Assembly: GCF_009914755.1 (NCBI RefSeq)
Contig: NC_060937.1
Source: the human T2T-CHM13v2.0 reference genome, Homo sapiens
Length of the DNA: 64,000 bases
Direction: 5' to 3' (one strand)
Position 1 is the stretch's first letter. Each line of letters begins with the position of its first letter. This document shows positions 1 to 12,589 of the stretch, piece by piece. A program made the position numbers and the translations under genes. A model generated the notes under the pieces. That model ran no database searches, was not told the DNA's origin, and saw only the letters and a list, made by a program, of their open reading frames with translations.

Positions 1-373
1 ACTGTACATAAAATATCAAAGTACCCCAAATATATATTATATACTCTACATGAAATATCAAAGTTCACAAACTATATATTATATACTGTACATAAAATAT
101 CAAAGTACCCAAGGTATATATTCTATACTGTACAAAAAATATCAAAGTACCCAAAGCATGTATTATATACTGTATACAAAATATGAAAATACATTAAATA
201 TATATTTTATTCTGTACATAAAATATCAAAGTACACCAGATATGTATTCTATAGTGTACATAAAATAACAAAGTACCCAAACTATACATTATATACTGTA
301 CATAAAATATGAAATTACATCAAATATATATTAGGTACATAAAATATGAAAGTACATCAAATATAGATTATAT
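1..373 (+). repeat. Representative 9-monomer HOR, short 373-bp form (about 170 HOR units in the window)
   Basis: My numbering: M1 1-42 (GTACCCCAAAT), M2 43-84 (CTCTACATG..GTTCACAAAC), M3 85-126 (CCCAAGGTAT..TTCTAT), M4 127-168 (TACAAAAAA..AAGCATGT), M5 169-210 (ATGAAA..TTTTAT), M6 211-252 (TCTGTAC..CACCAGAT), M7 253-294 (AGTGTAC..CTATACATT), M8 295-331 (GAAATTACATC, 37 bp), M9 332-373 (TAGGTAC..TAGATT). This order recurs across the window. Confidence 0.95.
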
Positions 374-1499
374 ACTGTACATAAAATATCAAAGTACCCC
401 AAATATATATTATATACTCTACATGAAATATCAAAGTTCACAAACTATATAGTATATACTGTACATAAAATATCAAAGTACCCAAGGTATATATTCTATA
501 CTGTACAAAAAATATCAAAGTACCCAAAGCATGTATTATATACTGTACATAAAATATGAAAGTACATCAAATATATATTATATTCTGTACATAAAATATC
601 AAAGTACACCAGATATATATTCTATAGTGTACATAAAATAACAAAGTACACAAACTATAAATTATATACTGTACATAAAATATGAAATTACATCAAATAT
701 ATATTAGGTACATAAAATATGAAAGTACATCAAATATAGATTATATACTGTACATAAAATATCAATGTACCCCAAATATATATTTTATACTCTACATGAA
801 ATATCAAAGTTCACAAACCATATATTATATACTGTACATAAAATATCAAAGTACCCAACGTATATATTCTATACTATACAAAAAATATCAAAGTACCCAA
901 AGCATGTATTATATACTGTACATAAAATATGAAAGTACATCAAATATATATTTTATTCTGTACATAAAATATCAAAGTACACCAGATATATATTCTATAG
1001 TGTACATAAAATATCTAATACCCAAACTATACATTATATACTGTACATAAAATATGAGATTACATCAAATATATATTATATTAGGTACATAAAATATGAA
1101 AGTACATCTGATATAGATTATATACTGTACATAAAATATCAAAGTACCCCAAATATATATTATATACTCTACATGAAATATCAAAGTTCACAAACTATAT
1201 ATTATATACTGTACATAAAATATCAAAGTACCCAAGGTATATATTCTATACTGTACAAAAAATATCAAAGTACCCAAAGCATGTATTATATACTGTATAT
1301 AAAATATGAAAATACATTAAACATATATTTTATTCTGTATATGAAATATCAAAGTACACCAGATATATATTCTATAGTGTACATAAAATAACAAAGTACA
1401 CAAATTATAAATTATATACTGTACGTAAAATATGAAATTACATCAAATATATATTAGGTACATAAAATATGAAAGTACATCAAATATAAATTATATACT

Positions 1500-2990
1500 G
1501 TACATATAATATCAATGAACCCCAAATATATATTTTATACTCTACATGAAATATCAAAGTTCACAAACCATACATTATATACTGTAGATAAAATATCAAA
1601 GTACCCAAGGTATATATTCTATACTGTACCAAAAATATCAAAGTACCCAAAGCATGTATTATATACTGTACATAAAATATGAAAGTACATCAAATATATA
1701 TTTTATTCTGTACATAAAATATCAAAGTACACCAGATATATATTCTATAGTGTACATAAAATATCAAAGTACCCAAACTATACATTATATACTGTACATA
1801 AAATATGAAATTACATCAAATATATATTAGGTACATAAAATATGAAAGTACATCAAATATAGATTATATACTGTACATAAAATATCAAAGTACCCCAAAT
1901 ATATATTATATACTGTACATGAAATATCAAAGTTCAGAAACTATATATTATATACTGTACATAAAATATCAAAGTACCCAAGGTATATATTCTATACTGT
2001 ACAAAAAATATCAAAGTACCCAAAGCATGTATTATATACTGTACATAAAATATGAAAGTACATCAAATATATATTTTATTCTGTACATAAAATATCAAAG
2101 TACACCAGATATATATTCTATAGTGTACATAAAATAACAAAGTACATAAACTATAAAATATACTGTACATAAAATATGAAATTACATCAAATATATATTA
2201 GGTACATAAAATATGAAAGTATATCAAATATAGATTATATACTGTACATATAATATCAATGTACCCCAAATATATATTTTATACTCTACATGAAATATCA
2301 AAGTTCACAAACCATACATTATATACTGTACATAAAATATCAAAGTACCCAAGGTATATATTCTATACTGTACCAAAAATATCAAAGTACCCAAAGCATG
2401 TATTATATACTGTACATAAAATATGAAAGTACATCAAATATATATTTTATTCTGTACATAAAATATCAAAGTACACCAGATATATATTCTATAGTGTACA
2501 TAAAATATCAAAGTACCCAAACTATACATTATATACTGTACATAAAATATGAAATTACATCAAATATATATTAGGTACATAAAATATGAAAGTACATCAA
2601 ATATAGATTATATACTGTACATAAAATATCAAAGTACCCCAAATATATATTATATACTGTACATGAAATATCAAAGTTCAGAAACTATATATTATATACT
2701 GTACATAAAATATCAAAGTACCCAAGGTATATATTCTATACTGTACAAAAAATATCAAAGTACCCAAAGCATGTATTATATACTGTACATAAAATATGAA
2801 AGTACATCAAATATATATTTTATTCTGTACTTAAATATCAAAGTACACCAGATATATATTCTATAGTGTACATAAAATAACAAAGTACACAAACTATAAA
2901 TTATATACTGTACATAAAATATGAAATTACATCAAATATATATTAGGTACATAAAATATGAAAGTATATCAAATATAGATTATATACTGT
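1500..2990 (+). repeat. Tandem duplication of a 2-HOR block, 744-bp period
   Basis: Private variants TGTACCAAAAA at 1625 and 2369, and TTCAGAAACT at 1933 and 2677. ORF starts 1805 and 2549. Confidence 0.8.
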
Positions 2991-5900
2991 ACATATAATA
3001 TCAATGTACCCCAAATATATATTTTATACTCTACATGAAATATCAAAGTTCACAAAACATATATTATATACTGTACATAAAATATCAAAGTACCCAAGGT
3101 ATATATTCTATACTGTACAAAAAATATCAAAGTACCCAAAGCATGTATTATATACTGTACATAAAATATGAAAGTACATCAAATATATATTTTATTCTGT
3201 ACATAAAATATCAAAGTACACCAGATATATATTCTATAGTGTACATAAAATATCAAAGTACCCAAACTATACATTATATACTATACATAAAATATGAAAT
3301 TACATCAAATATATATTATATTTGGTACATAAAATATGAAAGCACATCAAATATAGATTATATACTGTACATTAAATACCAAAGTACCCCAAATATATAT
3401 TTTATACTGTACATCAAATATCAAAGTTCACAAACTATATATTATATACTGTACATAAAATATCAAAGTACCCAAGGTATATATTCTATACTGTACAAAA
3501 AATATCAAAGTACCCAAGCATGTATTATATACTGTACATAAAATATGAAAGTACATCAAATATATATTTTATTCTGTACATAAAACATCAAAGTACACCA
3601 GATATATATTCTATAGTGTACATAAAATATCAAAGTACCCAAACTATACATTATATACTGTACATAAAATACGAAATTACATCAAATATATATTATATTA
3701 GGTACATAAAATATGAAAGTACATCAAATATAGATTATATACTGTACATAAATTATCAAAGTACCCCAAATATATATTATATACTCTACATGAAATATCA
3801 AAGTTCACAAACTATATATTATATACTGTACATAAAATATCAAAGTACCCAAGGTATATATTCTATACTGTACAAAAAATATCAAAGTATCCAAAGCATG
3901 TATTATATACTGTATATAAAATATGAAAGTAAATTAAATATATATTTTATTCTGTACATAAAATATCAAAGTACACCAGATATATATTCTATAGTGTACA
4001 TAAAATAACAAAGTACACAAAGTATAAATTATATACTGTACATAAAATATGAAATTACATCAAATATATATTAGGTACATAAAATATGAAAGTACATCAA
4101 ATATAGATTATATACTGTACATATAATATCAATGTACCCCAAATATATATTTTATACTCTACATGAAATATCAAAGTTCAAAAACCATATATTATATACT
4201 GTACATAAAATATCAAAGTAGCCAAGGTATATATTCTATACTGTAGAAAAAATATCAAAGTACCCAAAGCATGTATTATATACTGTACATAAAATATGAA
4301 AATACATCAAATATATATTTTATTCTGTACATAATATATCAAAGTACACCAGATATATATTCTATAGTGTACATAAAATATCAAAGTACCCAAAGTATAC
4401 ATTATATACTGTACATAAAATATGAGATTACATCAAATATATATTATATTAGGTACATAAAATATGAAAGTACATCAGATATAGATTATATAATGTACAT
4501 TAAATACCAAAGTACCCCAAATATATATTTTATACTGTACATGAAATATCAAAGTTCACAAACTATATATTATATACTGTACATAAAATATCAAAGTACC
4601 CAAGGTATATATTCTATACTGTACAAAAAATATCAAAGTACCCAAAGCATGCATTATATACTGTATATAAAATATGAAAATGCATTAAATATATATTTTA
4701 TTCTGTACATAAAATATCAAAGTACACCAGATATATATTCTATAGTGTACATAAAATAACAAAGTACACAAACTATAAATTATATACTGTACGTAAAATA
4801 TGAAATTACATCAAATATATATTAGGTACATAAAATATGAAAGTACATCAAATATAGATTATATACTGTACATATAATATCAATGTACCCCAAATATATA
4901 TTTTATACTCTACATGAAATATCAAAGTTCACAAACCATATATTATATACTGTACATAAAATATCAAAGTACCCAAGGTATATATTCTATACTGTACAAA
5001 AAATATAAAATTACCCAAAGCATGTATTATATACTGTACATAAAATATGAAAGTACATCAAATATATATTTTATTCTGTACATAAAATATCAAAGTACAC
5101 CAGATATATATTCTATAGTGTACATAAAATATCAAAGTACCCAAACTATACATTATATACTGTACATAAAATATGAAATTACATCAAATATGTAAGTACT
5201 TAAAATATGAAAGTACATCAAATATAGATTATATACTCTACATTAAATACCAAAGTACCCCAAATATATATTTTATACTGTACATGAAATATCAAAGTTC
5301 ACAAACTATATATTATATACTGTACATAAAATATCAAAGTACCCAAGGTATATATTCTATACTGTACAAAATATATCAAAGTACCCAAAGCATGTATTAT
5401 ATACTGTACATAAAATATGAAAGTACATCATATATATATTTTATTCTGTACATAAAATATCAAAGTACACCAGATATATATTCTATAGTGTACATAAAAT
5501 ATCAAAGTACACAAACTATACATTATATACTGTACATAAAATATGAAATTACATCAAATATATATTAAGTACTTAAAATATGAAAGTACATCAAATATAG
5601 ATTATATACTGTACATAAAATATCAATGTACCCCAAATATATATTTTATACTCTACATGAAATATCAAAGTTCAAAAATCATATATTATATACTGTACAT
5701 AAAATATCAAAGTACCCAAGGTATATATTCTATACTATACAAAAAATATCAAGGTACCCAAAGCATGTATTATATATTGTACATAAAATATGAAAGTACA
5801 TCAAATATATATTTTATTCTGTACATAAAATATCAAAGTACACCAGATATATATTCTATAGTGTACATAAAATATCAAAGTACCCAAACTATACATTATA

Positions 5901-8900
5901 TACTGTACATAAAATATGAAATTACATCAAATATATATTAGGTACATAAAATATGAAAGTACATCAAATATAGATTATATACTGTACATAAATTATCAAA
6001 GTACCCCAAATATATATTATATACTCTACAGGAAATATCAAAGTTCACACACTATATATTATATACTGTACATAAAATATCAAAGTACCCAAGGTATATA
6101 TTCTATACTGTACAAAAAATATCAATATAACCAAAGCATGTATTATATACTGTATATAAAATATGAAAGTACATCAAATATATATTTTATTCTGTACATA
6201 AAATATCAAAGTACACCAGATATATATTCTATAGTGTACATAAAATAACAAAGTACACAATCTATAAATTATATACTGTACATAAAATATGAAATTACAT
6301 CAAATATATATTAGGTACATAAAATATGAAAGTACATCAAATATAGACTATATACTGTACATAAAATATCAATGTACCCCAAATATATATTTTATACTCT
6401 ACATGAAATATCAAAGTTCACAAACCATATATTGTATACTGTACATAAAATATCAAAGTACCCAAGGTATGTATTCTGTACTGTACAAAAAATATCAAAG
6501 TACCCAAAGCATGTATTATATACTGTACATAAAATATGAAAGTACATCAAATATATATTTTATTCTGTACATAAAATATCAAAGTACACCAGATATATAT
6601 TCTATAGTGTACATAAAATATCAAAGTACCCAAACTATACATTATATACTGTACATAAAATATGAAATTAAATCAAATATATATTATATTAGGTACATAA
6701 AATATGAAAGTACATCAAATATAGATTATATACTGTACATTAAGTACCAAAGTACCCCAAATATATATTTTATACTGTACATGAAATATCAAAGTTCACA
6801 AACTATATATTATATACTGTACATAAAATATCAAAGTACTCAAGGTATATATTCTATACTGTACAAAAAATAACAAAGTACCAAAAGCATGTATTATATA
6901 CTGTACCTAAAATATGAAATTACATCAAATATATATTTTATTCTGTACATAAAATATCAAAGTACACCAGATATATATTCTATAGTGTACATAAAATATC
7001 AAAGTACCCAAACTATTTATTATATACTGTACATAAAATATGAAATTACATCAAATATATATTATATTAGGTACATAAAATATGAAAGTACATCAGATAT
7101 AGATTATATGCTGTACATTAAATACCAAAGTACCCCAAATATATATTTTATACTGTACATGAAATATCAAAGTTCACAAACTATATATTATATACTGTAC
7201 ATAAAATATCAAAGTACCCAAGGTATATATTCTATACTGTACAAAAAATATCAAAGTACTCAAAGCACGTATTATATACTGTACATAAAATATGAAAGTA
7301 CATCATATATATATTTTATTCTGTACATAAAATATCAAAGTACACCAGATATATATTCTATAGTGTACATAAAATATCAAAGTACCCAAACTATACATTA
7401 TATACTGTACATAAAATATGAAATTACATCAAATATATATTAAGTACTTAAAATATGAAAGTACATCAAATATAGATTATATACTGTACATAAAATATCA
7501 ATGTACCCCAAATATATATTTTATACTCTACATGAAATATCAAAGTTCAAAAATCATATATTATATACTGTACATAAAATATCAAAGTACCCAAGGTATA
7601 TATTCTTTACTATACAAAAAATATCAAGGTACCCAAAGCATGTATTATATATTGTACATAAAATATGAAAGTACATCAAATATATATTTTATTCTGTACA
7701 TAAAATATCAAAGTACACCAGATATATATTCTATAGTGTACATAAAATATCAAAGTACCCAAACTATACATTATATACTGTACATAAAATATGAAATTAC
7801 ATCAAATATATATTTTATTAGGAACATAAAATATGAAAGTACATCAAATATAGATTATATGCTGTACATTAAATACCAAAGTACCCCAAATATATATTTT
7901 ATACTGTACATGAAATATCAAAGTTCACAAACTATATATTATATACTGTACATAAAATATAAAAGTACCCAAGGTATATATTCTATACTGTACAAAAAAT
8001 ATCAAAGTACGCAAAGCACGTATTATATACTGTACATAAAATATGAAAGTACATCACATATATATTTTATTCTGTACATAAAATATCAAAGTACACCAGA
8101 TATATATACTATAGTTTACATAAAATATCAAAGTACCCAAACTATACATTATATACTGTACATAAAATATGAAATTACATCAAATTTATATTAGGTACAT
8201 AAAATATGAAAGTACATCAAATATAGATTATATACTGTACATAAAATATCAAAGTACCCCAAATATATATTATATACTCTACATGAAATATCAAAATTCA
8301 CAAACTATATATTATATACTGTACATAAAATATCAAAGTACCCAAGGTATATTTTCTATACTGTACAAAAAATATCAAAGTACCCAAAGCATGTATTATA
8401 TACTGTACATAAAATATGAAAGTACATCAAATATATATTTTATTCTGTACATAAAATATCAAAGTACACCAGATATATATTCTATAGTGTACATAAAATA
8501 ACAAAGTACACAAACTATAAATTATATACTGTACATAAAATATGAAATTACATCAAATATATATTAGGTACATAAAATATGAAATTACATCAAATATAGA
8601 TTATATACTGTACATATAATATCAATGTACCCCAAATATATATTTTATTCTCTACATCAAATATCAAAGTTCACAAAGCATACATTATATACTGTACATA
8701 AAATATCAAAGTACCCAAGGTATATATTCTATACTGTACAAAAAATATCAAAGTACCCAAAGCATGTATTATATACTGTACATAAAATATGAATGTACAT
8801 CAAATATATATTTTATTCTGTACATAAAATATCAAAGCACACCAGATATATATTCTATAGTGTACATAAAATAACAAAGTACACAAACTATACATTATAT

Positions 8901-10056
8901 ACTGTACATGAAATATGAAATTACATCACATATATATTAGGTACATAAAATATGAAAGTACATCAAATATAGATTATATACTGTACATAAAATATCAATG
9001 TACCCCAAATATATATTTTATACTCTACATGAAATATCAAATTTCACAAACCATATATTATATACTGTCCATAAAATATCAAAGTACCCAAGGTATATAT
9101 TCTATACTGTACAAAAAATATCAAAGTACCCAAAGCATGTATTATATACTGTATATAAAATATGAAAGTACATTAAATATATATTTTATTCTGTACATAA
9201 AATATCAAAGTACACCAGATATATATTCTATAGTGTACATAAAATAACAAAGTACACAAACTATAAATTATATACTGTACATAAAATATGAAATTACATC
9301 AAATATATATTAGGTACATAAAATATGAAAGTACATCAAATATAGATTATATACAGTACATATACTATCAATGTACCCCAAATATATATTTTATACTCTA
9401 CATCAAATATCAAAGTTCACACACTATATATTATATACTGTACATAAAATATCAAAGTACCCAAGGTATATATTCTATACTGTACAAAAAATATCAAAGT
9501 ACCCAAAGCATGTATTATATTCTGTATATAAAATATGAAAGTACATCAAATATATATTTTATTCTGTACATAAAATATCAAAGTACACCAGATATATATT
9601 CTATAGTGTACATAAAATATCAAAGTACCCAAACTATACATTATATACTGTACATAAAATATGAAATTACATCAAATATATATTAGGTACATAAAATATG
9701 AAAGTACATCAAATATAGATTATATACTGTACATAAAATATCAATGTACCCCAAATATATATTTTATACTCTACATGAAATATCAAAGTTCACAAACCAT
9801 ATCTTATATACTGTACATAAAATATCAAAGTACTCAAGGTATATATTCTATACTGTACAAAAAATATCAAAGTACCCAAAGCATGTATTATATACTGTAC
9901 ATAAAATATGAAAGTACATCAAATATAGATTTTATTCTGTACATAAAATATCAAAGTACACCAGATATATATTCTATAGTGTACATAAAATATCAAAGTA
10001 CCAAAACTATACATTATATACTGTACATAAAATATGAAATTACATCAAATATATAT

Positions 10057-12315
10057 TAGGTACATAAAATATGAAAGTACATCAAATATAGATTATATAC
10101 TGTACATAAAATATCAATGTACCCCAAATATATATTTTATACTCTACATGAAATATCAAAGTTCACAAACCATATCTTATATACTGTACATAAAATATCA
10201 AAGTACCCAAGGTATATATTCTATACTGTACAAAAAATATCAAAGTACCCAAAGCATGTATTATATACTGTACATAAAATATGAAAGTACATAAAATATA
10301 GATTTTATTCTGTACATAAAATATCAAAGTACACCAGATATATATTCTATAGTGTACATAAAATATCAAAGTACCCAAACTATACATTATATACTGTACA
10401 TAAAATATGAAATTACATAAAATATATATTATATTAGGTACATAAAATATGAAAGTACATCAAATATAGATTATATACTGTACATTAAATACCAAAGTAC
10501 CCCAAATATATATTTTATATTGTACATGAAATATCAAAGTTCACAAACTATATATTATATACTGTACATGTAATATCAAAGTACCCGAGGTATATATTCT
10601 ATACTGTACAAAAAATAACAAAGTACCAAAAGCATTTATTATATACTGTACATAAAATATGAAAGTACATCAAATATAGATTTTATTCTGTACATAAAAT
10701 ATCAAAGTTCACCAGATATATATTCTATAGTGTACATAAAATATCAAAGTACCCAAACTATACATTATATACTGTACATAAAACATGAAATTACATAAAA
10801 TATATATTATATTAGGTACATAAAATATGAAAGTATATCAAATATAGATTATATACTGTACATTAAATAGCAAAGTACCCCAAATATATATTTTATACTG
10901 TACATGAAATATCAAAGTTCACAAACTATATATTATATACTGTACATGTAATATCAAAGTACCCGAGGTATATATTCTATACTGTACAAAAAATAACAAA
11001 GTACCAAACGCATGTATTATATACTGTACCTAAAATATGAAATTACATCAAATATATATTTTATTCTGTACATAAAATATCAAAGTACAACAGATATATA
11101 TTCTATAGTGTACATAAAATATCAAAGTACCCAAACTATACATTATATACTGTACATAAAATATGAAATTACATCAAATATATATTAGGTAAATAAAATA
11201 TGAAAGTACATCAAATATAGATTATATACTGTACATAAAATAACAATGTACCCCAAATATATATTTTATACTCTACATGAAATATCAAAGTTCACAAACC
11301 ATATCTTATAAACTGTACATAAAATATCAAAGTACCCAAGGTATATATTCTATACTGTACAAAAAATATCAAAGTACCCAAAGCATGTATTATATACTGT
11401 ACATAAAATATGAAAGTACATCAAATATAGATTTTATTCTGTACATAAAATATCAAAGTACACCAGATATATATTCTATAGTGTACATAAAATAACAAAG
11501 TACCCAAACTATACATTATATACTGTACATAAAATTTGAAATTACATAAAATATATATTATATTAGGTACATAAAATATGAAAGTACATCAAATATAGAT
11601 TATATACTGTACATTAAATACCAAAGTACCCCAAATATATATTTTATACTGTACATGAAATATCAAAGTTCACAAACTATATATTATATACTGTACATGT
11701 AATATCAAAGTACCCGAGGTATATATTCTATACTGTACAAAAAATAACAAAGTACCAAAAGCATGTATTACATACTGTACATAAAATATGAAAGTACATC
11801 AAATATAGATTTTATTCTGTACATAAAATATCAAAGTACACCAGATATATATTCTATAGTGTACATAAAATATGAAAGTACCCAAACTATACATTATATA
11901 CTGTACATAAAACATGAAATTACATAAAATATATATTATATTAGGTACATAAAATATGAAAATATATCAAATATAGATTATATACTGTACATTAAATAGC
12001 AAAGTACCCCAAATATATATTTTATACTGTACATGAAATATCAAAGTTCACAAACTATATATTATATACTGTACATGAAATATCAAAGTACCCGAGGTAT
12101 ATATTCTATACTGTACAAAAAATAACAAAGTACCAAAAGCACGTATTATATACTGTACCTAAAATATGAAATTACATCAAATATATATGTTATTCTGTAC
12201 ATAAAATATCAAAGTACACCAGATATATATTCTATAGTGTACATAAAATATCAAAGTACGCAAACTATACATTATATACTGTACATAAAATATGAAATTA
12301 CATCAAATATATATT
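10057..12315 (+). repeat. Tandem duplication of a 3-HOR block, 1129-bp period, with nested single-HOR duplications
   Basis: Markers CATATCTTAT, TAGATTTT, TTACATAAAAT, CATGTAATAT, CCCGAGG and TAAATAGCAA recur at +1129. Adjacent HORs at 9684/10057 and 10435/10813 also share private variants. Confidence 0.78.
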
Positions 12316-12589
12316 AGGTACATAAAATATGAAAGTACATCAAATATAGATTATATACTGTACATAAAATATCAAAGTACCCCAAATATATATTATATAC
12401 TGTACATGAAATATCAAAGTTCACAAACTATATATTATATACTGTACATAAAATATCAAGGTACCCAAAGTATATATTCTATACTGTACAAAAAATATCA
12501 AAGTACCCAAAGCATGTATTATATACTGTACATAAAATATGAAAGTACATCAAATATATATTTTATTCTGTACATAAAATATCAAGGTA

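Noticed and set aside
1-373. TATA boxes or steroid-receptor elements (TATA runs; TGTACA/GGTACA/AGTACA half-sites)
   Set aside because: TATA-like words are inevitable at this composition, and the half-sites are 17/25 bp apart rather than forming a 3-bp-spaced inverted repeat.
10163-10387. Sole - strand ORF as a gene or a sign of inversion
   Set aside because: The + strand there is ordinary forward satellite; local SNVs merely remove stops on the reverse strand.
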